Part shown: positions 11,706 to 25,143 of the stretch, piece by piece
How the letters are laid out: every line of letters begins with the position of its first letter
Numbering within the stretch: the first letter of the stretch is position 1
Assembly (NCBI GenBank): GCA_963821525.1
Contig: CAWGED010000006.1
Location: forward strand, 42,792-106,791
Direction of reading: 5' to 3'
Length of the DNA stretch: 64,000 nt
From: an uncultured Gemmatimonadales bacterium
GTDB taxonomy: Bacteria; Gemmatimonadota; Gemmatimonadetes; Gemmatimonadales; GWC2-71-9
Notes under the pieces: model-generated
Database searches by the model: none
Seen by the model: only the letters and a program-made list of their open reading frames with translations
What the model was told of the DNA's origin: nothing
Translations under genes and position numbers: made by a program

Positions 11706-14700
11706 ATGGCGGGTCAAGCTGGTACACTGGAGCAGATGGCACTCGAGCTGGCCGGGATTCTCGGCCAGGTCGGTACCCGCATGCGCAGTTCCAATGTCCG
11801 GCAGACGCTGGGACTGCTCGGCGTTTACTTCCCCGAGCAGCTGCTGGCCAACGCGGGCTTCGTAACCGCCACTGATGCGACCGCGACAGCTGCCCAGGCT
11901 ATCGAGCCCGAAGTAACGGCGCTGCTGGCAGCCATCGACGCCGACGATACCGTCCAGATCGCCGCACGAGTAGCAACCGTCCTGGCCAAAACCACTCAGA
12001 CCCTCGCGAGCTTCGCCGACGTCGCCAACCAGCTGCAGGCAGTAGGACCCACACTCCCCGGCGTCACGGCCCAGCAAGTCAACGATCTGGTTGCCGGTTT
12101 TCCCCGGAAACTCCTCGACCTCTTCATCGCTGAATCGCTCGACATCATCCCCGCCGTCGGGGGCACGCTCACCCTGCTCGGCGTGGTCGACAAGGTGGAG
12201 ATCCCGGGAGACCCGGCGAATCCGACCAAGCCTACCTTCGACAAGACGGAAGTCCAGTTGGGCCGGCTGCTCGATCTGGCCAGCAAGCCCGGGCAGTATT
12301 TCACCACCCGCTTTGGATGGGGCAGTCCCGGCTTCGATGGAACCGTGCTCTTGCAGGCGATCGACCGGCTCTTCGAACGCCTGGATCTGCCGTCCACCTA
12401 CTTCCCTCCGTCCGGCGGTCAGCCCGCCAAGCTCGACGCCTTTGCGTTCGACGTCACGGTGGATACCACCGTGTCCCCACCCGGTCTTCGCTTCGATGTC
12501 TTTCTTCCGATCGGCGGAGACGTCGACCTTCCGATTCCGGGTCCGACTTCGGCCTGGGTGTTCCACGCGAAGTTCGATGGAAAGCTCGAGGCCGGCACCT
12601 CTGCGACGTTACGGCCTCCATCCACGATGGAGATCACCTCCAACGCGGAGGTCTCCGGTGAGGCGAAGCTGCTAATCGAGGGTCATCCCGCCTCGCCTTT
12701 CATCCTGTTCGGGAAAGCGGGTGGGAGCCGGCTTGAAGTTGCCAAGGTGGATGGCGAGGTCGGCGTTCGCTTCGACTGGAACAGTGTGACCGGGAAAGCG
12801 GCCGTGGAGCCGGAGATCGGCGCCTCGGTTAGCGGGGGCCGCCTGCTGGTGGATGGCAGCGAGGGTGACGGATTCCTCGCCCGGATTCTTTCCGGCATCA
12901 AAGATCGACGCGCCATTCGATCTCGGGTTTACCTGGAGTCTGGACGGTGGGGTGCAGTTCAAGGGCAGTGGCATGCTGGAGATTCAGATTCCGCTCAACC
13001 TCTCGCTGGGTCCGGTTGACTTCATTCGCGCCTATCTCGGCGCCGGCATCAAAGACGGTACCGTTCCCGTAGAGCTCTCCGCGGCGATCTCGGCCGAAAT
13101 TGGGCCGGTGACTGCGGTGGTAGACCGGCTGGGTCTCCTCGCCACGCTCTCGCTGCCTCCCGGCGGCGGCAATATCGGGCCGCTGCAACTCGATCTCGCG
13201 TTCAAACCTCCCACCGGTGTCGGGCTGGCCATCGATGCCGGGCCGATCAGCGGTGGCGGTTTCATCGCCTTCGACGAACCCAACGGCCGCTACGCCGGAG
13301 TGCTCGCGCTCGAAGTCTTCAGCGTGAAAGTGAGCGCGATCGGGCTCATCGACACCAGGCTGCCCGACGGACGCCCGGGATACAGCTTCCTCATCATCAT
13401 CTCGGTCGAGTTCTTCCCCATCCAGCTCGGCTTCGGCTTCACCCTGAACGGCGTCGGTGGAATCTGCGGCATCCATCGCACCATCAATGCAGAAGCGTTG
13501 CGGCTCGGTGTGTACGCGGGAAGTCTCGATTCGATCATGTTCCCGCGCGATCCGATCCGGAATGCACCCCAGATCATCAGCGACTTGAGCCGGATCTTCC
13601 CGCCCGCGGAAGGCCAGTTCGTCTTCGGCCCGATGGCCAAGATCGGATGGGGCACGCCGACCCTGGTGGAGATTTCCCTGGGCAATCGTCATCGAGCTGC
13701 CGGACCCGATCCGCATCGCGCTGCTGGGGCAGATCGCGGCGTTCTTCCCCGACCGCAGTGTCGCCCTGATCGAGATCCACATCGACTTCGTCGCGATGAT
13801 CGATTTCGGGGCGAAGTTGCTTTCGCTGGACGCCACGCATCCGCGATTCGAGAATCGTGGTCTGGACCCTGACCGGAGACATGGCATTCCGGCTCTGTTG
13901 GGGCGATCAGCCCAACTTCGCCATCGCCTTGGGCGGGTTCCACCCGCACTTCCAGCCGCCTCCCGGTTTTCCCGCGCTTCGCCGCCTCACTGTCGGTCTG
14001 GGCGCCGGCGACTGGATCCGCATCACCTGCTCCAGCTATCAGGCGCTGACCAGCAACAGCCTGCAGTTCGGAGCCCGGGCCGAGCTCTACATCAACGCCG
14101 GTGTCTACGTCAAAGGCTGGATCGGCTTCGACGCCCTGATCATCTACTCACCGTTCTCGCTCGAGGTGGACATCTCCGCCGGATTGGAGATCGGCGCCGG
14201 CGGTGTGAAGATGGCCGGTGTCCATCTCGATGGCACGCTCACCGGCCCCACGCCGTGGCGGGTACGGGGAGAGGCGACGATCTCGCTCTTCTTCTTCGAC
14301 ATCTCCGTCGACGTAGACAAGAAGTTCGGAAGCGAAGAGAAGGCGACTCTCGACCCGATCGATCCCTGGCCTCCGCTGCGCGCCGCTCTCAAGGATCCCC
14401 GCAACTGGACGGCGGTGCCGGCGACGGGAACGCTCAGTGTCGTCACCCTGGCACTGCCTCCGGGGGCCACCGCCACGGTGATCGATCCATCCGGCAAGAT
14501 GACCTGGAAGGAATCGGTGGCGCCGCTCGACCGGACCCTCACCCGCTTCGGCAACAGCACTACGCCGGCGCCGGTCAAGTTCAGCGTCGACCAGGTGATC
14601 GTCGGCGTTGATCCCGCCGAGTACAGCGCGGTGAGCGACTTCTTCGCGGCGGCCCAGTTTGAGGAGCTGACCGACGCCGAGAAACTGTCCCGCGCTTCCT

Positions 14701-15117
14701 TCGAGAGAATGCAGGCGGGCGTCGAAGTGGCGAGTGCCTCGGTACGAGCCGGTCCTTCCATCTCGGCGCCCCTCACCTACGAAACCGAGTATCGCGATCC
14801 GGAGCACGGACCTGTGCTGGCGCCTCTGTTCACGGTGCCGCTCTGGATGCAACAGGGATTGTTGGCGAGCGGCGCCTCCCGTCAAGCCGGCATCATCGCA
14901 GCAGGGACCCGGGCCTACGCGGCTCCGGCCCAGCTGGCCCAGGTCGGAAGAGCAGTTCGTCGTCGTCTCGACCCTGGACCTCTCCATCAAGGGCGAGGTG
15001 ACGGTGCCGACCACCAAGGGCGCGGCCCTGCAGGCATTGAAGGAGTATGTCGCCGGGCGCCCGGGAGAGCGTGAGCAGTTCCAAGTCGTCCCGATGCACG
15101 AACTGGAGGAAGTGTGA
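11706..15117 (+). CDS. Large DUF6603-type protein, about 1130 aa after frame repair
   Basis: Chains ORFs 11706-13019, 12853-13872, 13857-15074 and 14734-15117. Beta-rich Gly/aromatic motifs FKPPTGVGLAIDAGPISGGG, PIQLGFGFTLNGVGG, GGFHPHF and TSNSLQFGARAEL are recognised from memory as DUF6603. Confidence 0.7.
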
Positions 15118-18100
15118 CGCTCACCGTCGGTCAGTTCGCCTATCTGCCGTGGCTCAGGACCGGTGTCGGCGCGGAGATCGCCCGGGTAGATGGCACCCCG
15201 GGCTCCGAGCCCCGGGTCACGTTGCCGATTCGGTGCGGTTCAACGGCGATCCCGGCCTGAGTGATGGCGTCACCCTGGAGCTGTTCGGTCCGGGCGAGGT
15301 CACCGGCTTCGATCCGAGGACCGTGGTGCGCACCTGGCCTAGACCAGGAGTCATGGATGCCGAGTGCAACTATTTCCCGATCATCGAATTCGATCAGGCC
15401 GATTTGCCCTGGCGCTTCACGCCGGCTCGGGCCACGACCGGAGACCGGCTTACTCCGTGGATCACTCTCATCGTTCTGGAAGACAGCGAGATCAAACGGC
15501 TGGTGCCGCCCAGTGGTGACGGGCATCTAGGCTCGGTCGAGATCAAGGATGCCAAGGCGCTGCCGCGCAGCCGGCAGCTCTGGGCCTGGGCGCACGTGCA
15601 GGTAAGCGGAGAAACCAGTGTGGATGCAGCCAAGGCTGCGCGCGCTGATGGCGGCCCGCTCGCCGGCAATCAGGTCGCGGCTGATCGCTCCGCGGCGGAT
15701 GCAACCGAATCACGGCTACACTGCGCTCCTCGTTCCCACTTTCAAGCGCGGCGTGCTGGCGGGTATGGGCCAGGATCCGGGGACCACCGATGCGCTGGCG
15801 CCGGCCTGGAGCGACTCGCCCGGCGGTCCGCTGACGTTGCCGGTGTTCTATCTCTGGCGCTTCGGTACCGGTCCCGATGGAGACTTCGAATCGCTGGCGC
15901 GGCTGATCGAACCCTTCGAGGCGCCCGACTCCATCGGGATTCGCGACATGGATGTATCCGCCGCCTCACCGGCATTCCCTCCGGCGAATACCGGCCCGCT
16001 TGGCCTGCGCGGCATGCTGACCGCGCTCAATACCCCGGATACGCGTGTGGAACCCTGCGGCCCGGCAGACTTGGATCGCCAAGTTGAAGGCGCTGCTGAA
16101 TCTCCCCGCTGACCGGGCGGCGATTCCCAACACGCCGCGCACCGTTACCCCTCCACTCTACGGTCAGTGGCCGGCGGCCACCGACCGCTGCGAGGCCGAC
16201 GTTCAACCGGAGCGACCGCTCTGGTTCCAGGAGTTGTCGGTCGATCCGCGGCTCCGGGTCGGCGGTGGTCTCGGCACTCGGGTGATTCAGGCCAATCAGG
16301 AAGCCCTGATGGCGAGTGCATGGGATCAGGTGGAACGGGTGCGGCAACTGAATGAGGAGCTGCGGCAGGCGCAGCTCGCTCGGGAGCTGGCGCTGCGGCT
16401 TGCGTCTCGCCATGTGTTTGTCGACGGGACGCAAAATGTGCTCTATCTCTCCGCGCCGTTACATGCCAGAGTCATGGCGAGCCCAACCACCATACGCGCG
16501 GTCCTGAATCAGAGTCCGGTTCCCCACGGCGTCCTTGAAGGTGCGTTCCGCCGAGTGTCCAGACCGCTGGGACCGATGGGTCGCCGTCAGGGTCGGCCGG
16601 AACAGTCGCCTCTGGTTCGTGGCTCACTGCTCGGTCGTCTGAACCGTGGCGACCTGAAAGCTGCCGAAGCCACCGGTTACATCACCCACTCTTCCCAGCA
16701 TGAGCCGGGTGGCGGATCAGCCGATACCGGGTGGAGTGACCGACGCCGAAGTGCAATCCGCCCAGCAGCGGGCAAAGGGGATGCGGTTATTCGCCTGGCT
16801 GGTGCTGCTCGTGGCACTGGTGCTGCTCGTGTTCGGACTATGGGCCGTGGCGCTCGCTGTCGCCGCGGATCGGCGGCGGGCTTCAGGTTGCCGCCAATCG
16901 CCAGGCCGCCGCAAGCCAAGGCGCTCGCCGAACAAAAGTCGCGTGAAGACGCCGACCGCCATCGGAGAAGCGAGCGTTCAGCAGGGGCGGCTCTCGGGGG
17001 ACCTGGTCCGCGACGTGGTGCCTCCGGCCAATTACGCACCTCTCGAAGCACCTGCCACCGGTGCGCCGCGCACGCTGCCGACGATTCCAGCCGGCTCGCC
17101 GGCTCCCTCGCCTGAGATCCTGGCCAAGCTCCGCCAGGCGTACGGCACCATGCTCGATCGCATGGCGCGGCCCACGACGCCGATCGCGACTCTGGTGGAA
17201 GCCGATCTGGACGGTATCGCAGCGACCCTCAAGACCAAGCTCGACCCCACCCTGACCATCGCGCAGGCATACACCGGACGCTACGCCCTCGCCGGCGCTG
17301 CAATCTGGGAGCCGTTCGATCCGCTGGAGCCGCTGCTCGCCGCGCCCGAATTTCCCCAGCCGATGTACCGGCCGCTGGCTCAGCTCGACAACGAGTGGCT
17401 GCTGCCGGGATTCGACAAGATCCCGCCCAACTCCGCGACGCTGCTCAAGACCAATCAGCGAATGATCGAGGCGTACATGGTGGGCGTGAATCACGAAATG
17501 GCGCGCGAGCTGCTTTGGCGGGAGTACCCCACGACTCAGCGCGCGACCTATTTCCGCCAGTTCTGGGATACCGCAGGGTACGTCGCGCCACCCGGCGGCG
17601 GTCTCACTCCGGAGCAGCTCAAGGACATCGTTCCCATCCATACCTGGCGGCCGCCAAGCGATCTCAAGGAACACAGTCCCCGTCCCCCGGTGCCGGGCGG
17701 CGACTCCGACTATCTGGTCCTCTTCATCCGGGGCGACCTGCTGCGACGCTACCCGAACACCGAGGTCTACGCCGTGAAGGCCAAGTGGGGTGGGCAGGTT
17801 GACGGCCGAGTCATCGATGACCCTGCCAACGATGTCGAGGCCAAAGAGAAGATCGCGCATCCGCTCTTCTCCGGCTTCATGGATCCGGACGCGAATTTCT
17901 TCGGCTTCGCTCCTTACTAAGGAAGAGGTGTTGGGCGATGGGATTCGGGACGGCGCCAAGCCGGGCTGGTATTTCGTCCTCGCCGAGCCTTCGGGGGAAC
18001 CGCGCTTCGGACTGGACGAACCAGAACCGGATACCCCTGACTCCCAATTCGGTCTGCCGGTGAGTGGCGGCTGGAACAATCTCGGCTGGGCGAACCTGGC

Positions 18101-18308
18101 CGGCAGCCGGGCCACGTTGAACGATTTCCTGAGCCTGAATCTGGATGCTTCACTCCCCGACACAACGCTGGTCTCCGACTCCACGACGACGCGATGGCAT
18201 GCGGACTCGGGTCCCGGACAACACGGTAGCCGCTCGTCCGATCTCGCCTACATCACGTTGCAGCGGCCCATGCGGATCGCGATCCATGCCTCGGAGATGA
18301 TTCCCTGA
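15114..18308 (+). CDS. Large conserved hypothetical protein, about 1060 aa, several frameshifts, one predicted TM segment
   Basis: GTG start overlaps the upstream TGA and has a GGAGGA RBS. Motifs YLPWLRTG, LFGPGEVTG, EFDQADLPWRFTP, WRFGTG..GDFESLA, NHEMARELLWREYPT, RGDLLRRYP and RPMRIAIHASEMIP. Confidence 0.7.
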
Positions 18309-21300
18309 TGGCTGCCACCCCGGTTGATCACCAGCGCGCCCTGCTCGAGGATGCGCGACGCGAGCTCCGTCGCGCCAGGGTCGCTGTCGCTGACGCAGCG
18401 GCAAAGTTGGAGGCGATCAGGCGGGACCGGGATCAAGACCTCCGCCGCCGCGGTGGAAGCCGCCCAGGCGAATGAGGAACGCGCGGCATCCGCGCTCGGC
18501 GCCATCCGGAGAAGAACCAGGGAGGAGTTGGCTTCGCTCGCGGTGGATCTCGGAAACTTTCTCACCCCGACGCCCGAGCAGGAAGTCGCGCGACTCTCCG
18601 CCGGCTATCCCATCGTGCTGCTTCCAGTTCGGATCGAGACCCGCTTTACGGCGGACCAGCTGCTGCTTCGGGTGTATCCCGACGACATCGTAGCCGACAG
18701 CTTCGAGCCGGAGCTGACCGACGAAGAAATCGCCGACGGTCAGGCCTATTGGGACGGGGCATGGCCCGGTGAGGCCGAAGAAAAGCTGGCGTGGAGGGCC
18801 ATCGTTAAGAAGCTCGGTGTACCTCGGGGATCCTGGGTGGTCGAGGCGATGACTCCGAGCAATCTCGACAGCCGTCCGGCCGGTGCTCCCGCCTATCTGC
18901 CGCCGGCGCGGCGTGAATCGAGTTGGACTCGGCCGGCGGAAGCCCAGCTGCTTCCCGATCGGTGGCATGTCCTGCTCGATACCGGCGACGGCGAGCGAAT
19001 CGTTTCGGGCTCTGCGATTCACGAGCCGCTGGCGCTCACCTTCTCTCCCGATCCCGCCGATCCAACCGATCCGCTGGGGGATGACGGACTCCGTCTCTCA
19101 TCCGACGTGCGCTGGACGGTGGACTTCGATCAGGCCGAAAAGGTCGGGATGGGGATCCGGATTCCGCTTTCCAACGCCGAGCGCGGGATGGGCTTTACCC
19201 GAGTCATCGTGTTTGGCGTGAAGTCATCGCTGGCTCCCGACGTCAGTGCCGGCGGAATTCAAGAGCTGCTCGGACACCATCGCCATGGCCGCGGCTTCGC
19301 GTTGCTGCCCCAGGGAACACCGACCAATAACACCTCCGCCGCCACCACTCCGTTTCCACCCAGTGACGGCGACGGCCAGCGAAGCTTCGCGGTCGAGCGA
19401 ACCGGACTACCCGTCGTCGCCGGGCGCGACGGCCCCCGGCTGATCACGGCATTCGGATTGGCGAGCGACACCGCAATCCATCTCGATGGCGCCGACGGAC
19501 GGGAAGCCGAGCGGGGCGCTGCCATGGCGCGGGCGCTCTGGCCGGTGACCTGGGGCTACTTCCTGACCGAGCTCATGAAGCCGGTGTTCGAAACGGACGA
19601 CATCCAGACCGCTCAAAGCTTCTTCGTGAATCATGTGAGAGGGCGGGGACCCTACTCCGCGTTTCGGATCGGCGGCACGCCGTATGGAGTACTCCCCGTG
19701 TCGAGTCTGCAGAGCTGGCAAGCGGCGCGGCAGAGCGATGCCGTTGACCGCGCGCTACCCTCGACCCTGCGCACGCTGAGAGCGATCTGGCTCCAGCAGA
19801 GCGGTCAGGTTCCCAGAGTGGGCCGGACTGGCGATCCCGATCAGGATCTGCTGGAAATCCTCGGTCTCGACGCGAGCACCCGCGAGGTCCGAGTCCGGCC
19901 GGTGCTGGGAGAAGATGCGACCTGGAATCTCTTCGGACTCTGGGGCTGGAACGAGCGCATGGACCGCCTGGCTGGATGCCGGTCAGGCCTTGGCCAACCA
20001 GGTCTTCACCCTGATCGGTCATCCGGAATGGAGACCTCGAATTGCTCAGCTCAACTTCGACCCCAACGCCTGGCCGTTCCGCTATCAACTGGTGACCGAA
20101 GATCCGGTGTCGGAGACGCTGGGTCTCACCCCGAACTACATCGAGTGGATCCGCACCGCTTCGGTGCCGGACCTGATCGCCCAATCGGTTCCCGCCGACT
20201 GGGACCGGCCGGTCTCATTGCTGTATCGTCTGCTCCGCCACGGCGGCCTGCTCGAGTATCAGAACGCCTCCTATCTGCTCGGCGTCCGGTTCCAAACCGT
20301 TGAAGTGGGAGCCGCGGTGGAGCGGGAGATCGTCGGACTGCCCGGCACGGCGCAAGGTCCGAACCGGGTCGAGCAGATGATGCAGCCGATCGGACAGCTC
20401 AGCGGCTCGGCTCCGCTGCACACCTTTCTCTCCGATCCGGCCAACACTGCCATCATTCGCAGTCTGCTGCCCGATGAGCCGGTCGTCGGGTTCCGGGATG
20501 CGTTGGCCGCGCTGTCGGGCGCCAGCACCGCGGAGCTGGAGCGGCTGCTGGGAGAGACGCTGGATGTATCCTCCCACCGGCTCGATGCCTGGATCACCGG
20601 ACTCGCGGCCAAGCGACTCGAGCAAATGCGCTCGGCTCGGCCACTCGGCTGTCATATCGGCGCCTACGGATGGGTTGAGAATCTCCGGCCCCGCCCCGCC
20701 TCGAGCGCGCATCCGGTCCGGCTCTCCGACGGGAGCATGGCGGCGCGGCAGGACGGGAACGGCGGCTACGTGCATGCGCCGTCGATGACCCATGCAGCCG
20801 CCGCGGCGATTCTTCGAAACGGGTATCTCTCTCGAACCGGAGACGATCGCAAGAAGTACGCGGTGGATCTCTCGTCGGCCCGAGTTCGCGCCGGCCGGTT
20901 CGTGCTCGATGCGGTGCGGGAAGGGCAGCCAGTCGGCGCGGTCTTCGGCTATCAGATGGAGCGGGGGCTGCACGATCATAATCTCGACAAATGGATCGCT
21001 CCGCTTCGGGCTCGCTATCCGCTGGTGGCCGGGAAATCCGGTGACCCCGAGGATTTCGATCCCAACGATCCGGATCAACCCAAGGAACACATCGCCGCCC
21101 AAAACGTGGTGGATGGTCTGGCGCTGCGCCGAGCCTATCAGGCAGGGGAGATCCCGTGGGGCCAGTTCGGTCTGCCCAATGGCGGGGCCGACCAGGCGGG
21201 CGTGGAAGCGGAGCTGGTACGGCTCGATCAGACAGTTGATGCAACCTCGGACCTTCTGTTCGGCGAAGCGGTTTATCAACTGGTCAAAGGAAGTCCCAAT

Positions 21301-23004
21301 GTCGCGGCGGCCACGCTGGATGCGATGGCGCAAGGTGTGGTCCGTCCTCCCGATCCTGAAATCGCCACGCAGCCGCGCCGCGGAACCCCTCTGACCCACA
21401 AGATCGCGCTGCTGCTCGGCGGCAGTGGGAAGCCCCTTCCCCCGGGATATCCGGCGCCGACCCCACGCGCCGAGATCGAGCCTCGCATCGATGCCTGGCT
21501 TGGTCAGCTCTTCGGCCCAGCCGATGACTATGAGTGTGGAGTCGAGTTCGGGCCCGAGGAGGCGCCAACCGGCATCACCTCGGTGTCACTGAAGAAGCTG
21601 GCGCTGCGACCGATCGATGTGCTGGTGCTGGCCCGGGCGCGAGCCGATGCGCATCCCGACGCCACCCGAGCAGAAGCGTCTGAGCTGGACCGGCGCATCC
21701 TCGAAGCTGCACACGCCGCGCTGGGTCTCACCGAGGAGACCCCAGGCCGGATCACTTATGGAAGGCCCGATGCGGGGTTCGATCCGGCGACCGACCGCTC
21801 CTTTACCGACCTGCTCGAGTTGGCGCGCACGGCGGCGGACATCATCGCCAAGGGCCGCCCGCTGACGCCCGAGGACCTGGTCGCGGAAGATCGTCCTGAC
21901 GACGCCAAGGCGGCCGATCACCGAACCGGTGACGCCATCGCCCGCGCGACGATTGCGCATCAGGCGTTGGACGCCGTCACTCTGCTGTTGAGTCAGGCGC
22001 TGTCCCTGGCACAGGCGGCATCCGAGGGTGCGCCGTTCAATCTCACCAATCTTCGCAATGCCCTGCGCGCGGTTTCGTCCATGGGGGTAACGGGAGCCTA
22101 TCCGATCTCTTCTTTCGGGCACGACCTGGCGGCACGACAAAAACTCATCGCGCAGGCAGTGAGTGTGGTGGCGGAAGCCACCCGTCGGGTAACGCGGTCG
22201 GGTGCTGTTCTGACTGAGGCGGCGAAGCCGGAACACGCCAGCGACTCTCGCTTCCTCCTGGGGGCCGCGCGAGAGGTGTTGGATATCGTGTGCGGCGCGG
22301 AACTGCCTTTCGCACCGCTGTTCGATGTTCCGGCGCCAGCCGAATTCACCAACGCACTCGCTCACAGCGGGACGGCGGCGTTCATCGACGCTGATCCACT
22401 GGTCCGCAAGGCAGCGCTACAAGACTTCGAGAGAACTGCCCTTCGGGTTCGTCCTCCGTTGGACTCCTGGCGGCGGCTGGAGATCGTGGCCAGCTCGTTG
22501 GGCCGCGGGCGGGCCACGCGCGCTCTGGCCCAGCTTCCCTATTACGCCGGCGCCCGTTGGGTCGCGCTTCCCTTTGCCAGCGAGGCAGACCGGCCCGGGC
22601 CCGGGCGGATCTCGATCCTCTTGTATCAGGCCGATACCCCACCAGTCAACGTGCCATGGGCCGGACTTCTGCTCGATCACTGGACCGAGATCATCCCCTT
22701 TCCCGACGAACAGACCGGAGTCGCTTTCCATTATGACGATCCAGGCGCCGAGGCGCCCCAGACGGTGCTGCTGGCGGTTCCCCCGGTCGCCGAGGCGGAG
22801 CAGTGGTCGCTGTCCTGGTTGACGGAAACCCTGAAGGAAACGCTGGAGATGGCTCGAATCCGCGCCGTCGATGGGGAGCTGCTCGGGGCCCTGAGCCAGC
22901 TGCTTCCGGCGATCTGCCTGGCGGACAGTACTGATGACGTGACGATACGAAGCAATTTTATCGATGCGGTTAGGCTCGAGGTTGAGCTGGTCAGGAGGAC
23001 CTGA
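18308..23004 (+). CDS. Very large conserved hypothetical protein, about 1560 aa, frameshifts near 18440 and 19950
   Basis: TGATG coupling. Coiled-coil-like start, then LLPVRIETRF, PQGTPTNNT, PYGVLPV, SHRLDAW, GAYGWVENL and DHWTEIIP..QTGVAFHYDDPGAEAPQ. Confidence 0.75.
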
Positions 23005-23005
23005 C

Positions 23006-24787
23006 ATGGGCGTTGCAGTGCCGTTCGAAGTTGGAGCACTGGATATCAATCTGCTCTCGCTGACCTGGTGGAACCGGTTGGAGCCCAGGCCGCGGTCGCC
23101 TGAGGTCGCCGATACCCTGGCGGCGAAGATCCGGGATCCGCTGTGGATGCTGACTCGGCAGTGGCAATTCGGTGAATTTCAGGGCGAGGATGCCGGCTCA
23201 CCGGCCTGGGTGCAGATGCGAGCGCGAACCACGCCCTTCCTCGGCTGGCGGCCTCATCTTGATGCGGGCCAGCCTTTGCCGCTCCGGCCTATCACGGCAC
23301 CCCTCGAGGAGCTGGTGGAGACCGAAGGCTTCGCGCCCGATCTGGCGACGCAGGCCGAGTGGGGACTGGCCTTGGCGTCGCTGCTGGAGGATCAGGGTCT
23401 CAACCCAACCCAGCGCGCCGCGGTGTTCGCCGCAGTGCGGGAGGAGTTCCCGCTGGACTCCTCACGGGTGGATCCCAGTGATGCGCGTGCGGCGCGTTTC
23501 CTCAGCGTGTGTGATGGCCGGGCGGTGAATGGAGTTGAACTGGCCGCGAAAGGGAGCCACGCCCGCGCTTCTCGCCAAGCCCGCGGTCGTTCCCTTCGTC
23601 GCTCAGCTTCAGGCCGCGATCACCGCTCTGCAGCAGTCGATCTCCCGTACCCTTGGCCAGATCGGGGCGGATAGCGGGACCTCATGGCACAGCGATCGAC
23701 TGGAGTACCAGGTGGAGGCAGTCGCCGCAGGCCCGACCGGAGGAACCATGTTGTTCCAGTCCACTCCGGACCGGGATGCCACCTTCGAGTGGTTTACCAT
23801 GGACCTCGTCTCCCGGGCAGAAAATCCGGGAACGCCGGATGGTGTCGCGGTTCCGGTACCCGAAGCGATGAGTGTAAGCCGATTGCCCACCTTCGTTCGT
23901 TTCCGCGGCATGCCCAACCATCGCTGGTGGGATTTCGAGCGCGGGTCCAGTGATTTCGGGAGTGTGATACCGGATAAGCGTGATCTCGCCAAGCTGCTGT
24001 GATGGATTTCATGCTGATTCATGGCAACGACTACTTCGTCGTCCCCTTTGATTTTCCGGTGAGCCGAGTCGCGCGGATCGATGAGCTGCTGGTGCATGAC
24101 GTCTTCGGTGGCATCACGCTGGTGGATCGGGCCGATGCGGCGCCCACCCCGCCGGACGCCCGCTGGACCTGTTTCTCGACCTCGATTGCGGATCAGGATG
24201 GGCGGCCGGCTGACTTTCTCCTGCTGCCGCCCAGCGCGGGGCCGGCCCGCCTTGTAGGCGATCAGATAGAAGACGTTCGCTTCGTGCGCGACGAGCAGGC
24301 CAACCTGGTGTGGGCCATCGAGCAGATGACCGAAGGCGGCGAGGGACGGCCCTGGCCGGGACGGGAACGCCACGTCGCCGCCACCGCTCTGGAACCGCCG
24401 CAGGTAGTGCCGGTAACCACCGCGCCACTGCTCTATCGCCTGCAGAGCTTTGTGCCGTGGCACTGGTTTCCAATGCTACCCGTCTCACTCGATCAGTTTA
24501 CCGGCGAAACGGCCCTCGAACGCGGTCAGATGATTCGGCCAGACGGCATCACCAGCCCGGCCCCCATCGGTCGTCTCATTCAGGCTCCACCGAACGGGGT
24601 CTACCGAGTTCGAGAGGAAGCCGTCCCGCGGACCGGACTCAAGGTGGTTCGAGAAGTCGTGCGATGCCGCTGGCTATTGGGGCAGACTCATCTTTGGATT
24701 GCGCGCCGCAAAGGCGTGGGCCGGGGGGAAGGGTCGAGCGGATTGCGCTACGACGAGGCGCGACGCACCCCGCCACCGGCAGAGTGA
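23006..24787 (+). CDS. Conserved hypothetical protein, about 590 aa, frameshifts near 23550 and 24000
   Basis: AGGAGG RBS. Motifs WNRLEPRPR, RDPLWMLTRQWQFGEFQGEDAGSP, FRGMPNHRWWDFE, RDEQANLVWAIE and GEGSSGLRYD. Confidence 0.75.
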
Positions 24788-24832
24788 TGCAGGTGTCAGT
24801 GATCAGGTGTCAGGGAAAGCGGCCTCCCTTCT

Positions 24833-24978
24833 GTCATTGCGAACCGGCGAAGCCGGCGAAGCAATCTCACCCGCTGTCCTTTCCAGAGCCTGCGAAATCG
24901 GGGTTCTTCGAGGGAGGGCGGGTGAGATTGCCACGGCCCCTTCGCTCGCGCTGCTCGCTCAGGGTGCCTCGCAATGAC
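24833..24978. repeat. Dispersed palindromic repeat family B (gtcat....gcgaagcg....aatgac)
   Basis: Terminal inverted repeats gtcattgcga/tcgcaatgac. Related copies at about 2491-2590, 4950-5062, 8328-8392, 26693-26808, 52024-52115 and 54481-54573. Confidence 0.75.
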
Positions 24979-25143
24979 TCAAACCGACTCTTCTAACCGT
25001 CCGCCTTGTCCGCCTGTCCGCCTTGTCCATGAAGGGGCCGGGGCTGGTCCGCCCCCCGCCCATTCGAGCGATACCGCCCCAAACCCTGCTTCCCCACATT
25101 GCACTCCGGTTCTGGTCTCATCTTACCGGAGGATCGCAATACC

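Noticed and set aside
8673..24787. Prophage, contractile injection system or T6SS
   Set aside because: No recognisable capsid, terminase, sheath, tube, baseplate, VgrG or integrase motifs.
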